Part shown: in pieces, positions 1-9,733 of the stretch
Layout: each line of letters opens with the position of its first letter
How positions within the stretch are numbered: the stretch's first letter is position 1
Assembly (NCBI GenBank): GCA_034439575.1
Contig: JAWXAQ010000020.1
Coordinates: 27,237 to 91,236, forward strand
Source: Leptospira sp.
Lineage (GTDB): Bacteria; Spirochaetota; Leptospiria; Leptospirales; Leptospiraceae
DNA: 64,000 nt
Reading direction: 5' to 3'
Translations under genes and position numbers: made by a program
The notes under the pieces: generated by a model
Database searches by the model: none
Told to the model about the DNA's origin: nothing
The model's input: the letters and a program-made list of their open reading frames with translations, nothing else

Positions 1-1
1 A

Positions 2-2449
2 TATTATTTAAACGATATCCGTTCTGCACGTAAAGATGTAGAAAAAGCCTTACTTGATACAGGTATTGGTAAATCCAGTTATTCTATTTTAGAGCAAGGT
101 CGCGTAGACCAGATACTCAATTCAAAACCAGAAGAGAGAAGGGCCATTTTTGAAGAGGCCGCAGGTGTGTCTCGATTCAAACTCGATCGCAAAGATGCGA
201 TGAAAAAACTGGATGATACAAATCAAAACCTTCTTCGCATCCAAGATATTATGAGTTCCATGTTAAAAGAAATGGAAGTCAAAGAAAAACAATCGGAAAA
301 AGCTGAAACTTATTTTAAACTTAAACAAGACTTAGACGAATCAGATAAAAATCTTCGTTATTTGAAACTCACTGATTACAAAAAGAGAATGAAAAAATCG
401 GACGAAGATCTGCAAGAGATTCGAGATAAAAATAAAAATCTACTTTCCATGATTCAAACCGAAACCACACAAATTTCGGATAAAGAAAAAATTAAAGAAA
501 GTAAAGAACGTGAAATTGCAGACATAGATAAAAAACTTTTTGATCATTTAAGTCGCACACAAATCCAAAAAGAAAAAATCGCAAAGAATAAAACCTTTAT
601 TGCTGAATACGATGTTCGTCTAAACGAAATTAAAACTCTTCTCGAAGAAGAGAACAGTGCACTAACTAAAATTGACCATGAGAAAAAAGACATTGATACC
701 GAAGTCGGACATGAAAGAGAAGTCCAAACGATAGTCGGCAATCAAATTCTTAATTTAGTTGAATCCAAAAACTCCATAGAAGCTAAAATCAAAGCGGAAG
801 AGGAAAGTATCCGCGAAAAAGAAATTAGAATTTCAGAAAATGAAAAACGCCATATAACACTCAGAGAAAAACAAAAACAGATCATCCAAGAGTTGATCCA
901 AGAACTAGAAAATAAGAAAAAAGAATCTCAGGCGAATGAAGAAAAAAGGAATGAAGATAAATCCTTACTCATTTCTTCCATTGAAGCATACCAAATGCAT
1001 TTGGAGAAGGCCTTATCTTCTGTGAACCTTGGCAATGCGGCGAATACAACTCAGATTCTGAATCAAATCAACTTAAACGAATATAAAGGCAGATTGATAG
1101 TATTTTTAGCATCAGAAGACAGATTTCGTGATTTGTTATTTGATAAAGACGGAGTGCTTTCCAAAAAAGAAATCGTAGATCAAGACATAGAAGACTTACT
1201 TTTAGAGAATGAAAACTTCACACGAAATATCCGTGAAAGCCAAACTGCTATTGTCAATTATAGAACCAATTTGGATGAAACAAGAAACTCCATCGTCGAA
1301 ATGGAAAAACGTATGTTGGAAACTCAATCTAAGATTGAGAATTACGCACGCCATAAAAATGACCTAGATTCTCGACTCTTAGAGATTCAAAAACGAATTA
1401 ATCAAACAAAAGAGCAAGATGATGGGATCCGTGGGAAACGAGATTTTCTTGATAAAGAAGTGATCTCTCTTGAAAAAGAAATTGAAGAATCATACCAAGA
1501 ATTTCTTTCTATGAGTAAACTTTTGGAATCCGAAAAGGAAACCTTACAGAAGTTACTCGAAGAAATCCAAGGTTTAAAATCCAATATATCCAAAAACCAA
1601 GAAGTTTTTCAGACCTTATTGCCATTACTTTCAGAAAAAGAAAGATTATCATCTGGACTCAAAGTTCAAATCGATTCTTTGATCGAAGAGTTGTACAATG
1701 ATTATTCGATCACTGATACAGAATTGGAAGTTGAAAAAAGAGAATTGAGTTTAGACCATAAATTTGAAGAACGTAAACTCCGAAGTTCCAAATCTGAAAT
1801 TCAGATGCTTGGTTCTATAAACCCACTTGCGATAGAAGAATATAGAAATATCAAAGAAATATTCGAACACAATCAAAAACAAAAAACTGACATTGAAAGT
1901 TCAAAGCGAGATATAGAAGAAGTATTGAAACGAATCAATGAAGAATCAGAAAAATTGTTTCAAGAAACCTTTGAAAAAATAAAAGCCAATTTCCAGGAAA
2001 CTTTTTCCACATTATTTAATGGGGGACGAGCCACTTTAGAACTCACAGAAAAAGAAGACTCATTGAATTCTGGTGTGGAAATTATGGCTGAGCCTCCAGG
2101 TAAACATGTTCAAAACTTGCGATTGTTATCCGGTGGAGAAAAATCATTAACCGCCATAGCTCTGTTATTTGCAATTTATATGGTAAAACCAAGTCCATTT
2201 TGCTTTTTAGACGAGATCGATGCCGCCCTGGATGAAGCAAACAAACTTAGATTCTGTCAGATTTTGGACAGGTTCAAAGACAAAACGCAGTTTATCGTGG
2301 TTTCACACGCGCAATCGACCATCTCCCGTGCCAATGCGATCTTTGGTGTCACTAACGAAGAACCAGGGATATCAAAGATTGTTTCTTTAAGATTGGATGA
2401 GGCGAAATCGTTTACAAAACAATTGCCAAAAACAGGAACAGACGAATAA
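2..2449 (+). CDS. smc: Chromosome segregation protein SMC (5'-truncated by window edge)
   Basis: Frame open from nt 2 (..SILEQGRVDQILNSKPEERRAIFEEAAG), long coiled coil, C-terminal LSGGEK signature and Walker B/D-loop FCFLDEIDAALD. Confidence 0.92.
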   Translation, partial: YYLNDIRSARKDVEKALLDTGIGKSSYSILEQGRVDQILNSKPEERRAIFEEAAGVSRFKLDRKDAMKKLDDTNQNLLRIQDIMSSMLKEMEVKEKQSEKAETYFKLKQDLDESDKNLRYLKLTDYKKRMKKSDEDLQEIRDKNKNLLSMIQTETTQISDKEKIKESKEREIADIDKKLFDHLSRTQIQKEKIAKNKTFIAEYDVRLNEIKTLLEEENSALTKIDHEKKDIDTEVGHEREVQTIVGNQILNLVESKNSIEAKIKAEEESIREKEIRISENEKRHITLREKQKQIIQELIQELENKKKESQANEEKRNEDKSLLISSIEAYQMHLEKALSSVNLGNAANTTQILNQINLNEYKGRLIVFLASEDRFRDLLFDKDGVLSKKEIVDQDIEDLLLENENFTRNIRESQTAIVNYRTNLDETRNSIVEMEKRMLETQSKIENYARHKNDLDSRLLEIQKRINQTKEQDDGIRGKRDFLDKEVISLEKEIEESYQEFLSMSKLLESEKETLQKLLEEIQGLKSNISKNQEVFQTLLPLLSEKERLSSGLKVQIDSLIEELYNDYSITDTELEVEKRELSLDHKFEERKLRSSKSEIQMLGSINPLAIEEYRNIKEIFEHNQKQKTDIESSKRDIEEVLKRINEESEKLFQETFEKIKANFQETFSTLFNGGRATLELTEKEDSLNSGVEIMAEPPGKHVQNLRLLSGGEKSLTAIALLFAIYMVKPSPFCFLDEIDAALDEANKLRFCQILDRFKDKTQFIVVSHAQSTISRANAIFGVTNEEPGISKIVSLRLDEAKSFTKQLPKTGTDE

Positions 2450-2476
2450 GAGAAATTTAAGGAAATGCCATTTAAT

Positions 2477-2511
2477 AAAAAAAAACCTCCCGCAAGATAG
2501 GGAGGTTTTTT
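2477..2511. terminator. Bidirectional intrinsic terminator
   Basis: aaaaaacctccc-gcaagata-gggaggtttttt hairpin with A and T tracts between convergent genes. Confidence 0.85.
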
Positions 2512-2536
2512 AACCGAAGTTAAATTTTGATTTCTT

Positions 2537-2827
2537 TTACTTCATGCCTTGCATTTCTTTCATGATGCATGAACTGAATGTTTTACAATCACTACCTTGG
2601 CTGAGACAACCAGAGATTTTATTGTAATACTTTGCTTTATTGCAATTGAAATCGCAACCTTTACGAAGCATATTCTTTTGTTCTTCGGTCGCATTTGGTT
2701 GAACTGTCAAAGTGCAGCTATAATATTTATCGCATGCTTCTTTGCATTTTGGAAAATCAGCGGCTGTGAGCCCGCTTGTGAAGAGTAGGAGCAAGGCTCC
2801 AGAAAACACTAACAATGTTTTTTTCAT
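2537..2827 (-). CDS. Small secreted Cys-rich protein (Leptospira type)
   Basis: Signal peptide followed by 8 Cys, including CxxxC pairs. Confidence 0.75.
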   Translation of the reverse strand: MKKTLLVFSGALLLLFTSGLTAADFPKCKEACDKYYSCTLTVQPNATEEQKNMLRKGCDFNCNKAKYYNKISGCLSQGSDCKTFSSCIMKEMQGMK

Positions 2828-2847
2828 AGTTTTGTTCCTCTCGATCT

Positions 2848-2924
2848 TGGTAGCGAAGACGGGAGTCGAACCCGTGACCTCAGGGTTATGAATCCTGTGC
2901 TCTAACCATCTGAGCTACCTCGCC
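2848..2924 (-). tRNA. tRNA-Met(CAT), probably elongator (Ile2 not excluded)
   Basis: Reverse complement GGCGAGGTAGCTCAG..GGATTCATAACCC..GGTTCGACTCCC..ACCA, cloverleaf with encoded CCA. Confidence 0.92.
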
Positions 2925-3047
2925 CTAACCATTAGATCGTTTGGTAAGACTAAATCTTTAGTCTTATTCGCCATTTTTTCTGGGCTTTAGTCTCGGTAAA
3001 GGAAAAATCAGATTGAGAGAATTGGGAACAGAGAGCAGTAAATGTAC

Positions 3048-3080
3048 AAAAAAAACCCCCGTGTGAACGAGGGCTTTTCT
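3048..3080 (-). terminator. Probable intrinsic terminator after glnA
   Basis: GC hairpin (cccc..gagggc) next to an A8 run on + (U tract on -), just past the glnA stop. Confidence 0.6.
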
Positions 3081-3083
3081 TTT

Positions 3084-4544
3084 TTAGCAAGAATAAGTTG
3101 TAAGGAATTCGTATGGGTGAGGTCTACCTTCCCATGGCCAAATTTCTGTTTCGAACTTATAGTGTTGGTAAGTTTGAATGAAAGTTTCAGTCATCACATT
3201 ACCTTGTTTAAACACTTCTTTTTGAACTAACATTTCTTCTACTGCTTCACGTAAAGTGTGAGGCATTTGACGAATTCCTTTTTCACGGATTTCATCCAAA
3301 GAAAGTTCAAATAGATCTTCCTCGCGTGGAGGACCTGGATCTAATTTTTCTTTAATTCCAGATAATCCAGCCATTAACATTGAACTAAATGCTAAATACG
3401 GATTGGCAGTGGAATCAGGGAAACGGAATTCTACGCGAATTGCTTTTTCTCCACTAACAAATGGAATACGGCAAGAAGCAGATCTGTTTTGAGCAGAATA
3501 TGTCAAAATAGAAGGGGCTTCAAAACCAGGTATGAGTCGTTTGTAAGAATTTGTTGATGCATTTGTAAATGCTGCACAAGCTCTTGCATACTTTAATACA
3601 CCTGCTACGTAGTTAAGTGCAAGGTCGGATAAACCTTGGTATTTTCCACCAGCAAATAAATTTTTACCATCTTTCCATAATGATTGGTGAACGTGCATAC
3701 CGTTACCATTATCACCAAACAAAGGTTTTGGCATGAAAGTCGCTGTTTTGCCGTGTTTATGGGCAATCATTTTCACTACATACTTTAACTTTTGAACGTT
3801 ATCTGCGGCTTCAATGAGAGTTCCAAATTTGACACCGATTTCACCTTGTGCTTGCGCTACTTCATGGTGAACCACAAAAGTTTCCATACCGATAGCTTCT
3901 AGAGTTTTTACGAACTCGGCACGTAAGTCAACTTGAGAGTCAACAGGAGCAACTGGGAAGTAACCACCTTTAGTTCCAGGTCTGTGACCTGAGTTAAAGT
4001 TGATTTTACCAGTATTGTTATTTCCTGGAATTTCTGTGTGAGTGTTCCAAATACCTTCGTTAGAATCTAATTCATAAGATTGGCAATTGATTTCATCTCT
4101 TACTTTTAAACTATCAAAAACGAAAAATTCATTTTCAGGTCCAAAGAAAGCTGTATCAGCAATGCCAGTAGTCTTCATATATTCTAAGGCTTTTTTCGCT
4201 ATAGAACGTGGGCATTTTTCATAATATTCTTTTTTGTAAATGTCCCATACATCGCAGAACATAACAAGTGTTTTGTCTGCAGTGAATGGATCTAAAAAAG
4301 ATGATCCGATATCTGGGTGAAGTTGCATATCAGATGCATTGATTGGCTGCCATCTTGCGATAGAAGATCCATCGAATGGGATTCCTTTAAAAGTGTCTTC
4401 ATTGACCGAATTCACATAATAAGAAACGTGGTGCCATATACCTTTGATGTCCGTAAAACGAAAATCAAAGAATAAAACGCCAGCTTTTTTGGCGAACTCA
4501 ACTACTTCCTTTCCGGAAGTAAATTTTGGTGTAGCGAACTGCAT
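3084..4544 (-). CDS. glnA: Glutamine synthetase type I
   Basis: [55 protein letters not shown] motifs. Confidence 0.97.
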   Translation of the reverse strand: MQFATPKFTSGKEVVEFAKKAGVLFFDFRFTDIKGIWHHVSYYVNSVNEDTFKGIPFDGSSIARWQPINASDMQLHPDIGSSFLDPFTADKTLVMFCDVWDIYKKEYYEKCPRSIAKKALEYMKTTGIADTAFFGPENEFFVFDSLKVRDEINCQSYELDSNEGIWNTHTEIPGNNNTGKINFNSGHRPGTKGGYFPVAPVDSQVDLRAEFVKTLEAIGMETFVVHHEVAQAQGEIGVKFGTLIEAADNVQKLKYVVKMIAHKHGKTATFMPKPLFGDNGNGMHVHQSLWKDGKNLFAGGKYQGLSDLALNYVAGVLKYARACAAFTNASTNSYKRLIPGFEAPSILTYSAQNRSASCRIPFVSGEKAIRVEFRFPDSTANPYLAFSSMLMAGLSGIKEKLDPGPPREEDLFELSLDEIREKGIRQMPHTLREAVEEMLVQKEVFKQGNVMTETFIQTYQHYKFETEIWPWEGRPHPYEFLTTYSC

Positions 4545-4601
4545 TTATCTCTCCTTTTTTCAGAGGTTCGTATCTGATTCTAATCTGGTTGCTTCCCAGA
4601 T

Positions 4602-4617
4602 TGCAAGATTTATACCA
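4602..4617 (-). promoter_or_regulatory. Sigma-54 (-24/-12) promoter of glnA
   Basis: Minus strand TGGTATAAATCTTGCA = GG-N10-GC, about 58 nt upstream of the glnA ATG. Confidence 0.7.
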
Positions 4618-4679
4618 TTTTCGGAATCCCTTATTTTAAGGGATTCGTGGAGTTTCTAAGCAAAGTGCAATTAAAACAT

Positions 4680-4696
4680 TGCTCATCAAGAGAGCA
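4680..4696. promoter_or_regulatory. Candidate enhancer-binding-protein site
   Basis: TGCTC-N7-GAGCA palindrome resembling NtrC TGCAC-N7-GTGCA, upstream of the sigma-54 motif. Confidence 0.5.
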
Positions 4697-4758
4697 TTAC
4701 GTACTTATTTTATGCAAAATGAGTATAATTTAATCAAAATGTCGATGATTTTAAGATT

Positions 4759-5160
4759 TTAAAAACCAATGTTTTTGATCTTTTCGAGAATAAATTTTGT
4801 TATCGGTTTGGAAATAAAATCTTTTACAAAAGAATACTTTGATGCTCTTTCTTTGTCTTCTGGATCAACAGAAGATGTCAGAATGTACACTTTTGTATCA
4901 GGAAAGTGTAATATATATTTCAAATGGAAAGTTTCTAAAAATCCCCATCCATCCACAACAGGCATATTCAAATCTAAGAATACAATACTTGGATAGATAC
5001 TTTCATTCGCAATTAGTGGAAGCAGGGATTCATAATATTGAAGTGCTTCTTCTCCATTTGTTTTAGTAATTGTTTGGTCACAAAACTTTGATTGTTTGAG
5101 TAGTATAGATTGTATTCCCAGGGCAATAGGGTCGTCATCAACGCATAACACAGATTTCAT
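4759..5160 (-). CDS. Single-domain response regulator
   Basis: LCVDDD, FLDLNMP, ILTSS, FISKP receiver motifs. Confidence 0.9.
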   Translation of the reverse strand: MKSVLCVDDDPIALGIQSILLKQSKFCDQTITKTNGEEALQYYESLLPLIANESIYPSIVFLDLNMPVVDGWGFLETFHLKYILHFPDTKVYILTSSVDPEDKERASKYSFVKDFISKPITKFILEKIKNIGF

Positions 5161-5163
5161 ATT

Positions 5164-8100
5164 TTAATTCCTAAAACAAATTACAAATTTAGTTCCAACA
5201 TCCACGGAACTTTGTACTTCGATCGAACCGCCAAGAGATTCGACTTGAGATTTTACAAGATAGAGGCCTAGACCTTTGCTATCTGGAAAATTATGAAAAC
5301 GTTGGTATAATCCAAAAATTTTATTTTTATTTCTTATTAAATCTATTCCTAAGCCATTATCCTCAAAAATAAGTTTTGTTATATTGTCTTCCTTGTATGA
5401 TTTGATATTTATAATCAGTTTGCGATTTGAGGATCTATACTTTAAAGAATTGGTTAATAAATTCATTAAAATACTTTCAAGATAAGCACGACTAAAAATT
5501 ATATTTGGTGCGGCTTCAAAATTGACTTCGAGTTCGCAATTTGCCGAAGCGATTAAATTTTGTATTTGGGTTGTTACTTCTAATAGTATAGATTCGAAAG
5601 AAACTTCCACTTGTTCTGTAGCGGGGCTATCTTTGATTATTAAAATTTTAATTAAATCGTTCACTGTTTGGTTTAAGAGATTCGTGGATATTCTTAATCC
5701 GTTTAAGAGTTCCAATAGCAAAGGGTCTTCAATTGTAAAATCTTCTATAATATTTAATGCACCTACTAAATTTGATAAAGGGGCTCGTAAGTTATGCGAA
5801 GTGATGTATGTAAATTGTCTCAAGTCTTTATTGTTTTGAGTAAGTTCATGAATCAATTTTTCTTTTTCATCAATTTGTAACTTTCGTTTTGTGACATCTT
5901 TCTCGATTGCAATCCAATGAGTAAACCAACCCGTTTCATTTGCTAGCGGGAATATGGAAAATTCATTCCAAAACGTCTCCCCATTTTTTTTGTAATTTAT
6001 GACTTGGATTTCGCATGGTTCCCACTTAGTCATTGCTAACTTAAGTTTAGCTAATTCCTTTTGATTTGTCTCCGGACCTTGGAGAATTCTAGGAGTTTTG
6101 CCGATTAGTTCTTCTCTATCGTAGCCTGTAATTTTGAGTAGTGCATCGTTTACATAAACTATTTTTGGACCTGGATGATCAATCGGTTCTGCTTCTGTAA
6201 TTATAACTCCGTCAGACGAATTTGTGATGACTGATTCTAAAAGATTTAGGCGATGTTCTTCAGCTTTTGATTTGGTAATATCTTGCATGGCTCCGACCAT
6301 ACGAATCGGAATCCCATTTTCTCCTCGAATTAAAAAACTTCTATCAATGACGGATGCATAATCTCCGTTCTTTTTTTTGTAACGATATTGAAGTTCAAGT
6401 AAACTTTCTTTGCCAGAATAAATATGATCATTTAACGATTCAAGTACACGTTCATGATCATCTATATGTACATTATTTCTCCATTGTTCAAAATTTAATT
6501 TCTGGTTTTTAGTATCATAGCCAAAAATATTTTGAAAACCCTCACCCCAAAAAAGTGTATTTTGGATCATATCCCAATCCCATATCGCATCATTTGTTGC
6601 CTTGGTTAAATAACTGTATCTTTCGTTGGCAATGCGCATGGATTCCGAAGCATGTTTTCTATCGGAAATATCTAATACGGAAGTAACTTTATAACGACTA
6701 CCATCAGAATCAACTAACAGTTCTGAGTTGGTGTAGGCATCAAATGTTTCACCGATTGCTCTTGTCGCCGTTGTTTCTGTTGGTTGGGATTCTCCGTCTA
6801 TAATGAATTTTTTGAATATAATTTCATAATAGGCCCATTCTTTTTTGGGTATTATAATGGTGAAATGTTTGCCGATTAATTCAGATTTTGGGATTTTATA
6901 TATTTCGCAAAAAGATTGATTCACATTTGTAAAAATTCCGTTTTGGTCTGTGATCGAAATCCCTACTGGGACAGCATTAAATATTGATTTAAGTAAGTTT
7001 TCCGTTTTACGTAAGTTAGATTCTATGACTTTTGTGAATGTAATATCCAAAAGAGATATAGAAACAATACTCAATTGCTTTGATATATCTAATACTGGTG
7101 TGAAGTTATAGGCAAAGTAGATTGCGTCTATTGTATTTTCATTTAAAACTATTTCTCCAAAACTCATTTCACCTTGGTTGAGCTTGATTAAATCATTTTC
7201 TAAATTTGGAAAAAGATTTTTATTGATTAATTGGAGAAAGTTCTCACCAATATTAAGTTTGGTTTTGAAATGCTGCGTAAAAGTGGCATCTGCCTTTTGA
7301 TTAAATGAGATTATATTAAAATTATTAGCGGTTAATATAAAGGACTGCAAAGAATTTTTAAGTAATGCTGTTTGGCTTGCTTCTCTTGTTTTTAATAAAT
7401 TGTCTTTTAATTCTAATTCATCATTTGCAATTTTTAATTCCGTATAGGCGATTTGTATTTCCTCGTTTGTCGAAAGTAATTCTTCCAGACTTGTTTCCAG
7501 TTCTTCGTTTGAGGATTGCAATTCTTCATTTGTGCTTTGAACTTCTTCATTTAAGTTTTGTAACTCTTCATTGGAAGATTCAAGTTCTTTGATATAAATC
7601 TTTAGATGTTTTTTTGTTTCTTCTAATTCTTTTTCTAATGTAATGATTTTTTCATTATAATCTGTATCAGAATTAACCATAGCATTAGGTGTTACAAGGG
7701 CTCTTTCTAAATAATATTCAAAAATCACAAGATACAAATCGGAATTTAAAATCGGTTTAACTTTTATAAATAAATTGTAAAGGGAGTTGTTTAAAGGAAA
7801 TCGTATGCTATCACTCAATTGATTCGATTTTTCTCGGAAAGCATTGATAATCGTATAACGCAAAATGATCTGAAATTCAGGGCGAGACATTTTGATGATA
7901 TTTGTATTCATCTCGCCTTCGGGTAAACCAAGAAAGGGACTTACATCACCAATTATTTGTTCTACGGAGAAAGTTTCATTTATAATTACATATGGATAGT
8001 CGTATTCATTGAAGAGAGTATCTTTTACTCTTTCTTTGATAGGTGGCAATGTATTGTTGTCGAAATTTGAAAATTTTTGTTTTGGCAAATAAATTAAAGG

Positions 8101-9552
8101 TGTATTTCCTGTTAAACGTAGAGAACGTTTGACTCCTCCGCTTTTTCGAATGTATATTTTGTTTTTTGAGTCTATCGTTGTAAAAAGATTGGAGAAGTTT
8201 CCTATGGATTCCGACTTCCCCAAAAACAAAATACCATTTGGGTTTAAGGCATAATGAAATCTAGGAATAATTTTTTGTTGCAAATCATTACTAAAATAAA
8301 TTAATAAATTTCTACAGACCACCAAATCTAATTTCATAAAAGGTGGGTGAGTGGTTAAATCGTGATTTGTGAAAAGTAAAAATCCTCTGATGAATTTTGA
8401 AATTTCAAATGTATCATTATTTTGAATAAAATAATCATTGTTATCTATTGATTTGAAAAAATGAATCGAGGAATTTGGATAAATGCCTCGTCTAGCAATC
8501 GATATAGATCTATCATCAATGTCTGTAGCAAATATTTGAACGGTAAAATCCGAAATTTTTTCACCCAATAAATTAACAAGTAAAGTTGCAATGCTATATG
8601 CTTCTTCCCCAGTAGAACAACCAGGCGCCCAAATCCGTATGGAATCACCTTTCGATTTACTTTTTATAATATTGCTGATTTGTTTTTCAAGACTTACGAA
8701 AGCTTCTTCATCACGATAAAAGGAAGTCACTCCTATAAGAAAGGTATCAAATAAAGATTGATATTCTTCGGTATGATCATCTAAGAATTTTTTATATTCT
8801 TTGATGTCTTCTAAATTTAAAGCATCGATTCGTTTTTCGATTCTGCGAACAATTGTAGATTGTTTATAGTTGGAAAAATCTGTTCCTTTAATCTTTGTTA
8901 AATTCTTTAAAATTTCTAAAAGTAAATCATTTCCAATGTTAGATTTATTTTGAACCCAAACATTTGAACTTTTAACTGGGAGTAATTCAAAAAGTTTTAG
9001 TCCTATCATATCAGGCACAAAAATATATTTTATAAAACCGGTTTCAATTGCCGAAACGGGCATACCATCAAATTTTGCTGATTTTGGATCTTCGGCTATG
9101 GTAGTGCCACCAAATTCGCGTATGGCGATAATACCTTTTGAACCATCTTTGCCCGTGCCAGATAAAATAATTCCGACCGCCTCTTCCTTGTATTCCTTGG
9201 CTATAGATTCGAATAACAGATCGATTGAAGGTTTGGGGGAATTTTGGTTGTTAGGTTTTGATAAAACAATTCTTTCATTTTCGACACTGATATCAGTATC
9301 TGCAGGCGAAATATATATATTTCCGAGTTCTAGAACCATTCCATGATGTGCTTCTCTCACTGGATAATGGGAAGCTTTTCCAAGTAAACTCACTAGAGTA
9401 CTTTTATACGTAGGACTCAAGTGTTGGGCAATGATCATAACAAAATCTTTTCTATTTTCTGGGATCTGGGCTATAAATCTTTTGAGTGATTCTAAACCGC
9501 CAGACGATGCTCCGACTCCTATCAAATAGTATGATTCTTTTATATCTGCCAT
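5164..9552 (-). CDS. CheB methylesterase-CheR methyltransferase-PAS-histidine kinase fusion
   Basis: GASSGG/QHL/SGTGKDG (CheB), IWAPGCSTGEEAYS and CRNLLIYF (CheR), EELQS coiled repeats, PAS domains, SHNLRAP H-box, GLGLY G-box. Confidence 0.9.
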   Translation of the reverse strand: MADIKESYYLIGVGASSGGLESLKRFIAQIPENRKDFVMIIAQHLSPTYKSTLVSLLGKASHYPVREAHHGMVLELGNIYISPADTDISVENERIVLSKPNNQNSPKPSIDLLFESIAKEYKEEAVGIILSGTGKDGSKGIIAIREFGGTTIAEDPKSAKFDGMPVSAIETGFIKYIFVPDMIGLKLFELLPVKSSNVWVQNKSNIGNDLLLEILKNLTKIKGTDFSNYKQSTIVRRIEKRIDALNLEDIKEYKKFLDDHTEEYQSLFDTFLIGVTSFYRDEEAFVSLEKQISNIIKSKSKGDSIRIWAPGCSTGEEAYSIATLLVNLLGEKISDFTVQIFATDIDDRSISIARRGIYPNSSIHFFKSIDNNDYFIQNNDTFEISKFIRGFLLFTNHDLTTHPPFMKLDLVVCRNLLIYFSNDLQQKIIPRFHYALNPNGILFLGKSESIGNFSNLFTTIDSKNKIYIRKSGGVKRSLRLTGNTPLIYLPKQKFSNFDNNTLPPIKERVKDTLFNEYDYPYVIINETFSVEQIIGDVSPFLGLPEGEMNTNIIKMSRPEFQIILRYTIINAFREKSNQLSDSIRFPLNNSLYNLFIKVKPILNSDLYLVIFEYYLERALVTPNAMVNSDTDYNEKIITLEKELEETKKHLKIYIKELESSNEELQNLNEEVQSTNEELQSSNEELETSLEELLSTNEEIQIAYTELKIANDELELKDNLLKTREASQTALLKNSLQSFILTANNFNIISFNQKADATFTQHFKTKLNIGENFLQLINKNLFPNLENDLIKLNQGEMSFGEIVLNENTIDAIYFAYNFTPVLDISKQLSIVSISLLDITFTKVIESNLRKTENLLKSIFNAVPVGISITDQNGIFTNVNQSFCEIYKIPKSELIGKHFTIIIPKKEWAYYEIIFKKFIIDGESQPTETTATRAIGETFDAYTNSELLVDSDGSRYKVTSVLDISDRKHASESMRIANERYSYLTKATNDAIWDWDMIQNTLFWGEGFQNIFGYDTKNQKLNFEQWRNNVHIDDHERVLESLNDHIYSGKESLLELQYRYKKKNGDYASVIDRSFLIRGENGIPIRMVGAMQDITKSKAEEHRLNLLESVITNSSDGVIITEAEPIDHPGPKIVYVNDALLKITGYDREELIGKTPRILQGPETNQKELAKLKLAMTKWEPCEIQVINYKKNGETFWNEFSIFPLANETGWFTHWIAIEKDVTKRKLQIDEKEKLIHELTQNNKDLRQFTYITSHNLRAPLSNLVGALNIIEDFTIEDPLLLELLNGLRISTNLLNQTVNDLIKILIIKDSPATEQVEVSFESILLEVTTQIQNLIASANCELEVNFEAAPNIIFSRAYLESILMNLLTNSLKYRSSNRKLIINIKSYKEDNITKLIFEDNGLGIDLIRNKNKIFGLYQRFHNFPDSKGLGLYLVKSQVESLGGSIEVQSSVDVGTKFVICFRN

Positions 9553-9733
9553 GCCTTGAATGATGAATTATCTAGATATGGCGAATTCAAATATTCAATA
9601 CATTAAAAGTAATTTTCCGTTTAAATCTTCGTTTTAAATTATCGGGATTTGTTGCGTTAGATTCTTGAACCAACCTAAAAAAATAGGAAGTTTTCAATTT
9701 TATTCCTTTTTATAATGATGCTAAAGTTTTTTT

